Notes: a model not told the origin generated them from the letters alone. Positions 1 through 9,559 are shown, numbered from the stretch's first letter. The stretch: DNA of 47,336 nt from Candidatus Altarchaeum sp. (GCA_018260615.1 JAGWDQ010000080.1:1-47336); one strand, 5' to 3'. Numbers and translations are program-made.

Positions 1-104
1 AATCAGAAAAATTTAGTAATTTAAGGGCGGATGTTCTTAATTCGCAACCACTCTAATATTCAATTTTGAGATTTCTTTTAAGCATTTTCAAATCAGAAGA
101 TTTG

Positions 105-200
105 AAAATCTCCGAGCATTTTGAAAATCAACAGATTTTGAAAATATCCGAACATCAGTCAGGTTATCAGCGAGGTGAGATTTTTAAAATATCTCTCGCA
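105..200. repeat. Degenerate copy of the intergenic hairpin element family
   Basis: AAAATCTCCGAGCA (105-118) and AGCGAGGTGA (169-178) also bound the hairpin array at 34064-34247. Contains a small hairpin AAAATC-aaca-GATTTT (124-139). Confidence 0.6.
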
Positions 201-342
201 AATTAATTAACCCAATTTAAAGGGATGAGCACCTCTTTTTGTTTCATCTTTCTATGGTTTATATAATTAAATTTAAACCATTAAATAAATGAATAAATTT
301 TATAAATTATAAATTTTCAATATTGAATTTTAAATTTCCTAT

Positions 343-1380
343 TTACTCCCTGCACAACTTTTCAATCCCTTTGACACACAAATCAATCGTCGCCTCAACA
401 TCCTTCATGCTGAAAACCCCTGTCGGCGAATGAATATACCTTGTCGGAATACTTAAAACCCCTGTCGGAATTCCTTCCCTGTTCATATAAATAATTGCAC
501 CGTCTGTCATTCCTCCTTCAAGAACATCAATCTGATAAGAAATTTTGTTTTCTTTTGCCGCTTCAATAAAAATTTTCTTTATTTTGTCACTGACAATAAC
601 TCCTCTGCCGCTCGCTTCAATTAATGTAATGGCGACACCCTTTCCGACATTTAACGATGATTCTGTTTCTTTGATTTGCGGAGTTCCTCCTGCAATGGTC
701 GTATCTATGGCAATCGCATAATCAGGATTTATTTTAAACGAGACGGTTCTTGCACCTTTTAGCCCTACTTCTTCCTGTGCAGTCGCAACGCCGTAAATTT
801 CCGCATTTAAATTTTTTGCATTGATTTTTTCCATAATTTTGAGCATAGCGTAACATCCTACTCTGTTGTCTATCGCCTTTCCGTAATATAAGTCCTTATT
901 TAAATTTCCAAAATTCGGCTCAAATATTATTGCATCGGCAATTTCAACCTTTGTCTCTGCTTCTTCCCTGCTTTCGCATCCAATATCTATAAACAAGTCA
1001 GTATGTTCAATGACCTTCTTTTTTTCTTCGTCTTTTTGTAAATGCGGCGGCTTACTTCCGATAATTCCGAAAACATCGCCTTTTTTGCCTTTTATTATTA
1101 CTCTTTGTCCTAACAGCACTCTGTCATCAATGCCTCCGATTTTGACAAAATTTATAAAGCCCTCTTTTGATATATATTTCACCATCAGTCCGATTTCGTC
1201 AATGTGTGCGGCAATTAAAAATTTCTTACCTCCTTTTCCTTTTCTGCCTATAACATTTCCAAAACTGTCTGTGCTTACATCATCACAAAATTTTTTCAGT
1301 TCCGCTTTTACAATGTCTGCTGCTTCTCCTTCATTTCCGCTTATTCCGCCTGCCAGACATAAATTTTTTAACAATTCCAT
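343..1380 (-). CDS. M42 family aminopeptidase (TET/FrvX-like)
   Basis: Motifs AAHIDEIG, KAIDNRVG, QEEVGLKGA, AIAIDTT, GGMTD, PTRYIHSP are typical of M42 metallopeptidases. Confidence 0.95.
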   Translation of the reverse strand: MELLKNLCLAGGISGNEGEAADIVKAELKKFCDDVSTDSFGNVIGRKGKGGKKFLIAAHIDEIGLMVKYISKEGFINFVKIGGIDDRVLLGQRVIIKGKKGDVFGIIGSKPPHLQKDEEKKKVIEHTDLFIDIGCESREEAETKVEIADAIIFEPNFGNLNKDLYYGKAIDNRVGCYAMLKIMEKINAKNLNAEIYGVATAQEEVGLKGARTVSFKINPDYAIAIDTTIAGGTPQIKETESSLNVGKGVAITLIEASGRGVIVSDKIKKIFIEAAKENKISYQIDVLEGGMTDGAIIYMNREGIPTGVLSIPTRYIHSPTGVFSMKDVEATIDLCVKGIEKLCRE

Positions 1381-1561
1381 TTTTATATAGTAAAGTAGAA
1401 TAAATTAATTTTTGATTGAAATAAACTGACAATTTTATATCTCTTTACTAAAGTTTTGCGTTTTACCGATTCATTTATGGTTAAAAATTTAATTTATTTA
1501 TTAAAAAATACAAAACATCAGAATTATATATAATTTATTTTTATTGAATTCCAATTAAAAT

Positions 1562-1864
1562 ATGGACATTAATGACATCAAGGAAAAAATACAAATTAAT
1601 GACTATGAAATATCATTACACGCATTGGAGAAGTCATTTGAGAGAAAGATATGGAAGGACGATATTGAACATGCGATTATGAATGGCGAGATAATTGAGG
1701 ATTACAAAGATGACAAACCGTACCCTTCCTGCCTTATATGTGGAAAAACCAGAGATATGCAACCTATTCATATTGTATGCACTTATCCGCCAATAGTGAG
1801 GATAATAACTATATATTTCCCGGATAAAGATAAATGGATTGATTATAAAATAAGAATAAAATGA
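1562..1864 (+). CDS. DUF4258-domain protein, putative toxin
   Basis: ISLHALEKSFERKI, GEIIEDYKDDKPYPSCLI, PIHIVC, IITIYFPD..KW match the DUF4258 pattern. Overlaps the next gene by 4 bp (ATGA). Confidence 0.8.
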   Translation: MDINDIKEKIQINDYEISLHALEKSFERKIWKDDIEHAIMNGEIIEDYKDDKPYPSCLICGKTRDMQPIHIVCTYPPIVRIITIYFPDKDKWIDYKIRIK

Positions 1865-2106
1865 AAGAGAAAGAAAAGTGTCAGTTTTGCGGAGGAATAT
1901 TGGACCATAAGAAAACAAATGTTGACTTGAGAGTAAATAATGAATTCATAATTTTTGAAGATGTCCCTGCAAAAGTATGTGGACAGTGTGGTGAGAAGTA
2001 TTTCTCTGCTGAGGTATATACAATAATTGAGGAAAGAGTAAAGAAAAAGGAAGATGTTAAAAAAGTGATAAATGTTCCGGTAATGTGTTTCCCGGTAAGC
2101 GTTTAA
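1861..2106 (+). CDS. YgiT-type (MqsA-like) zinc-finger protein, putative antitoxin
   Basis: CQFCGG ... EDVPAKVCGQCGEKYFS, two CxxC pairs. Translationally coupled to the DUF4258 gene. Confidence 0.85.
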   Translation: MKEKEKCQFCGGILDHKKTNVDLRVNNEFIIFEDVPAKVCGQCGEKYFSAEVYTIIEERVKKKEDVKKVINVPVMCFPVSV

Positions 2107-2194
2107 GAAAGATTTTACAAATTTCAAATTTGTGCTGATAAAATTTCCTCTTTGCATTCATGATTTGAATTTTCTGAAAAAACCTGCTTTTTCC

Positions 2195-2368
2195 CTATTC
2201 TTTATCTCCTGTATTTGCCTTTGCGTTTTGTCTTTGCTTATGTATTTTAATCAGAGCAAAGCCAAATATTAAAAGAGAGGCCCCGAATAAAAACCCGAAA
2301 ATCATCATAACATAATTGGGAAAATGAAGTAAAATGGAAAAAGTTAACAATAACAAAAGAATTGCCAC
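2195..2368 (-). CDS. Small putative membrane protein (57 aa, GTG start), not in the ORF track
   Basis: Read by hand: MAILLLLLTFSILLHFPNYVMMIFGFLFGASLLIFGFALIKIHKQRQNAKANTGDKE*. Two hydrophobic segments and a basic tail, directly downstream of 2371-2586. Confidence 0.4.
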   Translation of the reverse strand: MAILLLLLTFSILLHFPNYVMMIFGFLFGASLLIFGFALIKIHKQRQNAKANTGDKE

Positions 2369-2370
2369 GG

Positions 2371-2586
2371 CTAAAAAAGATATGAAAAATTTTTTATTTT
2401 TGTGCTGTTTTCGTCTTCATATTTTAAAATTAGCAACTTAAAACTAAAATATAAAAATAACATCGTAGTTGCAATATTAGAAAGGTAATTGAAAAAATTA
2501 TGAAGGTAAATATAAGATACCAGTGTTGCCAATAAAAAAATTCCTGCTATTACCCAACCAGCAAATAAAATGTTTTTGATTTTCAT
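2371..2586 (-). CDS. Small hypothetical membrane protein (2 TM)
   Basis: 71-aa ORF with two hydrophobic stretches, co-oriented 24 bp downstream of the nuclease gene. Confidence 0.5.
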   Translation of the reverse strand: MKIKNILFAGWVIAGIFLLATLVSYIYLHNFFNYLSNIATTMLFLYFSFKLLILKYEDENSTKIKNFSYLF

Positions 2587-2610
2587 TTAATAAATTTTGA
2601 CATTAAATTT

Positions 2611-3141
2611 TTAAAATTCGTCCCTGCACTTATAGGTTGAATTCTCACCGTAAATCCCGAGCTTTTCATTTCTTGCTTCTATTCCCGCATTTATTATTTC
2701 GGAATTTTTTGTCATAAAAGGACACGCATAACCATTCTTAACCATCTGATAATCATAGGACTCTTTAATATCATCCGTATCTGCATCTACCGGATAAATT
2801 TCGCATAAATTTCTTTTGTATTTATCTGTTCCTTTGCACTTCAATTTTATATGTTTGTTTAAAATTTTATCCTTCAGGAAATCCCTTGCCTCATAACCAT
2901 AAAAGTCCTTTGCTTTCGGCGGAACTTCCGGAGTGTCAATATACAAGACCCTGATTGATTCCGTAAGATTTTGTGTGCGAATAGTATCTCCGTCATGAAC
3001 ACTTGTCACATAATCAACAGATATTAAAGTATATTCACTTTTCTGATTTAAGTCAAAATTTCCTCCTGTCAGATAAAAAAATATTCCAAAGCCGATTATT
3101 ACTATTATTACAGTTAAAAACAACTTTTTTGTTAAGCCCAT
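2611..3141 (-). CDS. Thermonuclease (SNase-like) with N-terminal membrane anchor
   Basis: VHDGDTI, IRVLYIDTPE, DKYKRNL, MVKNGYA, EARNEKLGIY motifs and a hydrophobic N-terminus. Confidence 0.92.
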   Translation of the reverse strand: MGLTKKLFLTVIIVIIGFGIFFYLTGGNFDLNQKSEYTLISVDYVTSVHDGDTIRTQNLTESIRVLYIDTPEVPPKAKDFYGYEARDFLKDKILNKHIKLKCKGTDKYKRNLCEIYPVDADTDDIKESYDYQMVKNGYACPFMTKNSEIINAGIEARNEKLGIYGENSTYKCRDEF

Positions 3142-3171
3142 TTTAATAACACAATAAATTTTTATTAAATT

Positions 3172-4461
3172 TTACCTCTTACAACATTCCCATTTTTCTA
3201 TTTCGGCAACACTCGCTAATGTGCTTTTATTTCCAATCTCCTCCTTTATGCGATTTTCCTTCTCATAAACATCCAATGCCCTGTTTGCCACTTCAATTGC
3301 ATCTTCTTCCGGAACAACGCTCACTCCGTCATCGTCTCCGATAATATAATCACCCGGCCGGACATCAACTCCTCCGCAGGAAATTTTAACTCCTAATTCT
3401 CCAAATCCCTTTGGCTCTCCCGCATTGGAAGTTATTAATTTGGCAAATGCGGGAAAATTTAATTTTGAAATTTCTCCGGTATCTCTTATCGCCCCGTCAA
3501 TAACAACACCTTTGATTCCTTTCTGTATGCAGCTCAGAGTTGCTAGTTCACCCCAGACGGCAGGCGATTTTCCGTTGGCATCAATAACAATAACATCCCC
3601 TGCTTTTGCTTTATCTATACTTTCAACTGCTTTTGCCCAGTCGCCTGAAAATGTTCGGACAGTAAATGCCTTTCCGCTCACCTTTATTCCGGGTTTTATC
3701 GGCTTAATATCATTCATCACCTGTGCCCTGTGCATAGCATCACTTATATTGGCAGTGGAGACCTTTTTAAAAATTTCCAAAATTTCATCATCAGAACCTA
3801 CCTTTCTAAATTCGGATTTTACTGAAATTTCTTTCTCTATTGCTTCCTTTACTTTTCCCGCGCTTTCGGCAACATTCCTGCTTTTTGTTATTGCTGCACC
3901 AACAATTATTGTGTTACAAAATTTTGCCAGTTCGCCTGCATTTTCGGAATTTATTCCGCCTGCAACGGCAATATTCTTTATTCCTGCATTTACTAATTTT
4001 TCAACCTCATCTGAAATTTTCATTCCTCTCATCTGCTGGTCTATTCCCAGATGAACACACACACATACATTCTGGTCAAATTCCTGTATCTTCTTTGCTT
4101 TTTCTGCTAAATTTTCAACATTCAGCATATCAACCATAATTTTGCATCCGTAATTTTTACCTGCTTTGAGACATTCAAAGAGCATTGAATAATCGCTTGC
4201 CCCTAAAATTCCGACAATATCCGCTCCTGATTTTGCAGCCATTTCAACCTCTATTCTTCCGACATCCATTGTTTTCATATCTGCACAAATTTCTTGAGCA
4301 GGAAATTCCTTTCTGAATTTTCTGACCGCATTCATACCTTCACTTTTAATGAGCGGTGTGCCAACTTCCATTATATCAACAAAATTTTTTGCTTCTTTTG
4401 CAATATTCAACGCCCTTTCCAGTTCAACAAAGTCAAGTGCAAGTTGTAGTTTTGCTTTCAT
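3172..4461 (-). CDS. hxlA: Bifunctional 3-hexulose-6-phosphate synthase / RraA-like (HMG aldolase family) fusion
   Basis: N-terminal LQLALD, EVGTPLIKSEG, ADMKTMDVG, AVAGGI (HPS/OMPDC barrel). C-terminal STANISDAM, AVWGEL, VIDGAIRD, VRPGDYIIGDDDGV (RraA family). Confidence 0.88.
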   Translation of the reverse strand: MKAKLQLALDFVELERALNIAKEAKNFVDIMEVGTPLIKSEGMNAVRKFRKEFPAQEICADMKTMDVGRIEVEMAAKSGADIVGILGASDYSMLFECLKAGKNYGCKIMVDMLNVENLAEKAKKIQEFDQNVCVCVHLGIDQQMRGMKISDEVEKLVNAGIKNIAVAGGINSENAGELAKFCNTIIVGAAITKSRNVAESAGKVKEAIEKEISVKSEFRKVGSDDEILEIFKKVSTANISDAMHRAQVMNDIKPIKPGIKVSGKAFTVRTFSGDWAKAVESIDKAKAGDVIVIDANGKSPAVWGELATLSCIQKGIKGVVIDGAIRDTGEISKLNFPAFAKLITSNAGEPKGFGELGVKISCGGVDVRPGDYIIGDDDGVSVVPEEDAIEVANRALDVYEKENRIKEEIGNKSTLASVAEIEKWECCKR

Positions 4462-4478
4462 TTAGAAATTTTAGAAAT

Positions 4479-4862
4479 TTATTTTAACTTTAATATCCTC
4501 ATTGCCAGATATGCTGCATTTTCCGCATTATCAATTCCGACACATGCAACAGGAACTCCTTTTGGCATCTGTACAATACTCAATAATGCATCCAAACCAT
4601 CCAATTTTGCAGAAACAGGAACGCCAATAACAACTTTATCTGTAAAAGCAGCAACCGCTCCGGGAAGAGCAGCAGAAAGTCCCGCAATTGCAATAAAAAT
4701 TTTTGCATCTGTACTTTTTACAATTTCAATTAATCGTTCCGGCTCTCTGTGAAAAGAGCAATATTCAACGCCATACAAAATTTGATTTTCGTTTAAAATT
4801 TTTTCCGCTTTTTTTACGATTTCCTCATCGCTTTTGCTTCCTGCAATTATCAAAACATCCAT
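4479..4862 (-). CDS. purE: PurE (AIR carboxylase / N5-CAIR mutase)
   Basis: [46 protein letters not shown]. Confidence 0.93.
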   Translation of the reverse strand: MDVLIIAGSKSDEEIVKKAEKILNENQILYGVEYCSFHREPERLIEIVKSTDAKIFIAIAGLSAALPGAVAAFTDKVVIGVPVSAKLDGLDALLSIVQMPKGVPVACVGIDNAENAAYLAMRILKLK

Positions 4863-4883
4863 TTAACATTAGTTTCAAAAATA

Positions 4884-4957
4884 CGGGCTTGACGGGATTT
4901 GAACCCGCGGCAGACGGATTAAAAGTCCGTCGCTCTGCCAAACTGAGCTACAAGCCC
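4884..4957 (-). tRNA. tRNA-Lys (anticodon UUU), intronless, CCA not encoded
   Basis: Reverse complement folds as a cloverleaf: acceptor GGGCTTG/CAAGCCC, D-arm GCTC/GAGC, anticodon stem ACGGA/TCCGT with loop CTTTTAA, T-loop TTCAAAT, discriminator G. Confidence 0.97.
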
Positions 4958-5002
4958 AAAAATTTAATTTGCTGTAATAATTACAAATCGGATTAAAAAT
5001 AA

Positions 5003-5962
5003 TTACATTATCAAAATTTTCTTTTCCGGCGGGGCAGAAATTTGGACACTCATAAAATCCTTTACAACATAACTGCTTTTAAACACTTCTCTTGCTTCAT
5101 TCTCCAAAATTTTTGAATCCGGATATCTCTGGCTTATGTGAATCAAAAACAGGGATTTTGCATTTGCATTTTTAGCTGTTTCCGCCGCCTGCAATGCCGT
5201 TGTATGTCCGTGATCTGAAATTTTATCTATGTCTATATTTGAATATGTTGAATCGTGGATAAGAATATCACAGTCATCCGCAAATTTTATTGTGTTGTCG
5301 CAGGGAGTTGTATCTCCGGTATAGACAATTTTTCTTCCTTTTATCGGCTGACTTAAAACATCATCTGCATTTATTACTTTTCCGTTAAAATTTATGCTTT
5401 CTCCTCTTTGAAGCTCGCTGTATAGTTTGCCTTCGGGGATTCCCAACGCAAGTGCCTTCTCCTTTAAAAATTTCCTTTTTTCCTTTTCTTCAAAGACAAA
5501 TCCCAAACTTTCTGATATATGCTGTGTTTTAAAAGGTATGATTTTATATCCCCTGCCTTCAACAACCTGCCCTTCTGAAATTTCATAAATTTTAACAAAT
5601 TGCATTGCATCCTTCGGAACCGGTAAATTTTTGATTATGTTGCGGATGCCGATCCCGCCATAAATTTCCAGATTGCTGTTTCGGCCTAAAAAATTCATCG
5701 TATTGAGTATTCCGGTTAAACCGGCAATATGGTCTGCGTGAAAATGTGTGATGAAAATTTTATTTATATTCATAAAATTTATTTTTTCGTTCTTTTCTTT
5801 GTTTTTTCCGTTCCTTTTTGACGAGCAAATCATTATTTGTCTTAAAGTTCCTTCCCCGCAGTCAAACAAAAAGAGTTCATTCAAATATTCAACTAATACG
5901 GCCGGCAATCCCCTGTCTTTTGTCGGCACACTTCCTCCGCTGCCCAAAAATATTACCTTCAT
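5003..5962 (-). CDS. rnz: Ribonuclease Z (tRNA 3' processing)
   Basis: LGSGGSVPT, FDCGEGT, THFHADH, exosite GIPEGKLY, YTGDT, HDST, GHTT, HISQRY. Confidence 0.96.
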   Translation of the reverse strand: MKVIFLGSGGSVPTKDRGLPAVLVEYLNELFLFDCGEGTLRQIMICSSKRNGKNKEKNEKINFMNINKIFITHFHADHIAGLTGILNTMNFLGRNSNLEIYGGIGIRNIIKNLPVPKDAMQFVKIYEISEGQVVEGRGYKIIPFKTQHISESLGFVFEEKEKRKFLKEKALALGIPEGKLYSELQRGESINFNGKVINADDVLSQPIKGRKIVYTGDTTPCDNTIKFADDCDILIHDSTYSNIDIDKISDHGHTTALQAAETAKNANAKSLFLIHISQRYPDSKILENEAREVFKSSYVVKDFMSVQISAPPEKKILIM

Positions 5963-5968
5963 AATATA

Positions 5969-6007
5969 TAAATTTTAATAAACATAAATTTTAATAAACA
6001 TAAATTT
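5969..6007. repeat. 16-bp tandem direct repeat (2 perfect copies plus partial) in the divergent rnz/DUF35 intergenic region
   Basis: TAAATTTTAATAAACA at 5969-5984 and 5985-6000, then TAAATTT. Confidence 0.8.
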
Positions 6008-6053
6008 AATTTTAAATGTAATTAATTACATTACTAAAATTTAAAACATAAAG

Positions 6054-6452
6054 ATGACACGAATTGCATTAAACTGGAGAAAAATTCCGCAGAGATATAA
6101 TCTGATAGGAACAAAGTGTACAACCTGCGAAACATATTATTTTCCGCCCCGGATTATATGCCCGAAATGCAGGAGAAAATCCAAAATGGACGAGCATAAA
6201 TTTTGCGGTGAAGGCGAAGTGCTGACATATACCCTGATTTATTCTCCTCCGCAGGGTTTTGAGAACATCAAACCATACATTCTGGCAATAATAAAATTAA
6301 ATGAAGGGCCTTCGCTTACGGCACAGATTATTGACTGCAAAATTGACGATGTGAAGATAGGGAGCAAAGTTAAATCCGTATTCAGAAAGATAGTTGAGGA
6401 AGGTGACGAAGGCGTGATTTTATACGGATATAAATTTAAGCTGGTGAAGTAA
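6054..6452 (+). CDS. DUF35-family Zn-ribbon/OB-fold protein
   Basis: CTTC..YFPPR..CPKC zinc ribbon followed by GEVLTYT...PYILAIIKL.EG..LTAQI...YGYKF. Confidence 0.92.
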   Translation: MTRIALNWRKIPQRYNLIGTKCTTCETYYFPPRIICPKCRRKSKMDEHKFCGEGEVLTYTLIYSPPQGFENIKPYILAIIKLNEGPSLTAQIIDCKIDDVKIGSKVKSVFRKIVEEGDEGVILYGYKFKLVK

Positions 6453-6537
6453 AATTGTTAACATATTAATTTTTGTTATTAAATTGAAGTGGTTGTTATG
6501 AGAACTAAAAATATAAAATCTGTCTACTGTTCGCAAA

Positions 6538-7851
6538 ATGAAATATGAAAAATACGAAATTAGGGATTCCGTTTGGGGTTATATATCATTTAATGACATG
6601 GAAAAAGCCATAATAGACAGTCCGATACTTCAACGACTTAGGCGAATAAAACAGCTCGCACTCACTGAGATGGTATATCCCGGAGCGACTAATACACGAT
6701 TTGAACATTCGCTTGGGGTGATGCATCTTGCATCCAGGATGTATGATAACATAGTCAAGAAAGATAAAGATATTCATATTCTTAAAAAAGCAGGGTATCT
6801 TGAGGAAGGCGATCGTACTAGACAACTTATCAGATTGGCAGCTTTACTTCATGATATAGGACATGCTCCATTCTCACATTCATCAGAAAGTTTAATGCCT
6901 ACAGATAGTAAAACGGGTGAAGAATACTCTCATGAAGATTATACGGAGGCCATAATTATAGGTCTTTTAAGGAAAACCATAGAAGAGAACGATCTTAACA
7001 ACAGGAAGTATAACATAACTGCCGATGAGATTGCTGGCTTAATTACAGGAAATAAAAAATTATTGAAAGATAAAATTATATGGAAAAAATTGCTTTCCGG
7101 ACAGCTTGATGCGGATAGAGGTGATTATTTGCTTCGGGATTCTTATTATACGGGTGTTAAATACGGGGTCTATGATGCGGAAAGATTAATAGTGAGTTCT
7201 GTATTGGGGATAAATCCGGAAGCAAAGGGAAATGATGATTATAACTCATTAGCTGTGGGTGTTGAAAAAGGCGGATGGCATGTTGCAGAATCCCTTATTA
7301 TAGCAAGATATATGGCGTTTTCGCAGATTGTCTTTCATAAAACCAGAGTTGCTTATGATTATCATCTTGAGGAAGTAATGCGTTCATTTTTAAAAGAAAA
7401 ATTTGGAAAAATTACATTTCCCTTGCCAACAGAAAAAGGTATAGAAGAGTTTTTATCATTAAATGATAGCACTATATGGAATTATATAAATGAAAACAGG
7501 AAAAAAGATGAAAATTGTCGCGCTATTATTGAACGAGATCACATAAGAAGCATAGATGAAACACCGGAAAACCCATCAGACGAGGATATAGATAAAATTA
7601 TGGGAAAAACAGAGATTCTAAAGAGTGCCGGATTATTCTGCCATATAGCAAAATCATATAAACTATGGTACGAATTCGGAAAAAGCGACTCTACTGAGAT
7701 AATAGTATTTGAAAACTATAACAATAGTAAGATTCTTTCAAAATACTCAAAAATAGTTGAATCACTAAAGGACGGTACACATCAACTAAGGATTTATGTT
7801 AAACAAAAAGATCGGGAAAAAGCCATCAAAAAGACATACAATAAAAAATAG
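6538..7851 (+). CDS. HD-domain phosphohydrolase (SAMHD1/dNTPase-like, YwfO/COG1078-like)
   Basis: QRLRRIKQL, YPGATNTRFEHSLGV, AALLHDIGHAPFSH, LDADRGDYLLRDS motifs. Confidence 0.92.
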   Translation: MKYEKYEIRDSVWGYISFNDMEKAIIDSPILQRLRRIKQLALTEMVYPGATNTRFEHSLGVMHLASRMYDNIVKKDKDIHILKKAGYLEEGDRTRQLIRLAALLHDIGHAPFSHSSESLMPTDSKTGEEYSHEDYTEAIIIGLLRKTIEENDLNNRKYNITADEIAGLITGNKKLLKDKIIWKKLLSGQLDADRGDYLLRDSYYTGVKYGVYDAERLIVSSVLGINPEAKGNDDYNSLAVGVEKGGWHVAESLIIARYMAFSQIVFHKTRVAYDYHLEEVMRSFLKEKFGKITFPLPTEKGIEEFLSLNDSTIWNYINENRKKDENCRAIIERDHIRSIDETPENPSDEDIDKIMGKTEILKSAGLFCHIAKSYKLWYEFGKSDSTEIIVFENYNNSKILSKYSKIVESLKDGTHQLRIYVKQKDREKAIKKTYNKK

Positions 7852-7921
7852 TAAGATGACAATTTAAATTTATAATTAAATTATTTTCATTATAATAAAC
7901 TAAAAATAAACAAAAACCAAA

Positions 7922-8413
7922 ATGACTTTATCAAATAAATCAGGAAATCAAAAAGAAAATTTTTTCGGAACAAGAAATGAACCTATAAGGAAAAGTATTT
8001 ATAAAACGGCCGGGATAATTGGATTTTTAGTAAAAGTACTACGAACAAAATATCCCGAAAAAAGAATAAGTCCTGCATATATTCAGAGAATTGGATATTT
8101 TTTAAAAAGAGAAAATGTAATAGATTTCAAGTATAGTATGTATCCTGATGGGCCTGGCTCCAATGCAATTTCAGTCGAACTTTCTGTTGCAACACATAAA
8201 AATATAGTAGAGATAAACTATTTGGAAGACAAAAAAGGATATTTTGTTGAACCCGGAGAAAACTTAAACAAAATGATTGACTTATTGACGAACGAAGAAA
8301 AGAATAAAATCAATAAAGTTGCAGATGAATTTGGACAATATGACTTAAGAGAACTTTCTGAAAAAGCAACAGATGTGTTTATCTTGAATCGCCCTACATT
8401 AAAATTTTCCTGA
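7922..8413 (+). CDS. YwgA/Panacea(DUF4065)-like winged-helix protein, partner of the HD gene
   Basis: IQRIGYFL...FKYSMYPDGPGS resembles the family pattern QKxxY...Y.YGP.S. Lies 70 bp downstream of the HD gene on the same strand. Confidence 0.55.
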   Translation: MTLSNKSGNQKENFFGTRNEPIRKSIYKTAGIIGFLVKVLRTKYPEKRISPAYIQRIGYFLKRENVIDFKYSMYPDGPGSNAISVELSVATHKNIVEINYLEDKKGYFVEPGENLNKMIDLLTNEEKNKINKVADEFGQYDLRELSEKATDVFILNRPTLKFS

Positions 8414-8563
8414 TAATCATGCTATTTTTATCACATATCTTAACCTTTCAAAAAAACAATCAATTATATCCGGGATCTCTTGGTTAAGGTGTTTTTTCTT
8501 TATTTTTTCATATTAAAATTTATCTGAGCACCAAAATAAACATAAAATAGAATAAAATTTGGA

Positions 8564-9106
8564 ATGATGAATAATAACAGTATATTAAATTTTTTTAAGT
8601 GGAAGGATGTATTTTCGCTGCTTTGTGCGGTCTTTGGATTTTTTGCTATAACTGAGGTATTTGCAGGAAATTTTTTGCCTGCTGCCTTGTTCCTCGTAAT
8701 TGCGGGAATATCTGACTACATGGACGGATTTATGGCAAGGAAATTTTCCTTTCCGACCGAGTATGGGGCAAATATTGATACGGTTGCGGATGCGGTTGCG
8801 TTTGGGGTTGCTCCTGCTGTTTTCATATACTTTTATGGGGGCAATTATCTTTATTTGTTAATTTCAATAATTGTTATGTGTGCCGGACTTATGCGGCTGG
8901 CGAGATATTTATGTCTGGCAAAAGAAAGCGAAAAAGAAAACACGGACAAAAACACAAAGGTTTATGTTGGGCTGCCCATAACATTTAATGCAATTATAAT
9001 TCCGCTGCTTTATTTGTTGTCGGTGTATTTAAATTTTAATTTGTTTTTTTTGACTTTGATTTCTGCTTATCTGATGATTTCAACGATAAATTTTAAGAAA
9101 ATTTAA
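8564..9106 (+). CDS. pssA: CDP-alcohol phosphatidyltransferase, likely archaetidylserine synthase
   Basis: DYMDGFMAR...G...DTVADAVAFGVAP signature, RLARY, YVGLPI, several TM segments. Confidence 0.88.
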   Translation: MMNNNSILNFFKWKDVFSLLCAVFGFFAITEVFAGNFLPAALFLVIAGISDYMDGFMARKFSFPTEYGANIDTVADAVAFGVAPAVFIYFYGGNYLYLLISIIVMCAGLMRLARYLCLAKESEKENTDKNTKVYVGLPITFNAIIIPLLYLLSVYLNFNLFFLTLISAYLMISTINFKKI

Positions 9107-9118
9107 GACGATTTAAAC

Positions 9119-9250
9119 ATGATGAAAAAAATAACTTCTGATCCGGATGAAATTACAGATATTTTTCAGGAAAAGGCAAAGGAAAAGGGGATTACGAGGA
9201 AGGAACTGATTAAGACGCTGAAAGATGTGCAGAGGAAAAAATGGCAATAA
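9119..9250 (+). CDS. 43-aa ORF resembling an antitoxin-like fragment
   Basis: Read by hand: MMKKITSDPDEITDIFQEKAKEKGITRKELIKTLKDVQRKKWQ*. Family assignment is tentative. Confidence 0.35.
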   Translation: MMKKITSDPDEITDIFQEKAKEKGITRKELIKTLKDVQRKKWQ

Positions 9251-9295
9251 AGATAATGATTAAAGCCAATATTTAAAAACTCGTTTATCAAATTT

Positions 9296-9400
9296 TCAAA
9301 TCACCAGCATCTTCAAATCATCAACATCCCACACATAAACCCCGTTTTCTCTTAAATTTTCTTTTCCATCTATTGTTTTTGCCATAATTCCGAAAAATTT
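9296..9400 (-). pseudogene. C-terminal remnant of an archaeal ATPase/DUF234-type protein
   Basis: KFFGIMAKTIDGKENLRENGVYVWDVDDLKMLVI* follows an in-frame stop. It resembles the recalled C-terminal pattern G+IAK.I.GKE.LR..G..V+D+.D. Confidence 0.45.
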
Positions 9401-9559
9401 CTATTTATTATGTTGGATATTTATTCACTTACTGAATTATTCACCAACTGAATATTAAATTTAAAACCTTCAAATTACATATTTAAATACCTTCATAACT
9501 AAATTTTGAGAAGTTGAGGTTTATCTTTGTATTGTCGCTAATCTTTCAGACGATTAAAT

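Noticed and set aside
3172-4461. HPS-RraA fusion as a novelty
   Set aside because: This fusion is already known from methanogens and other archaea.
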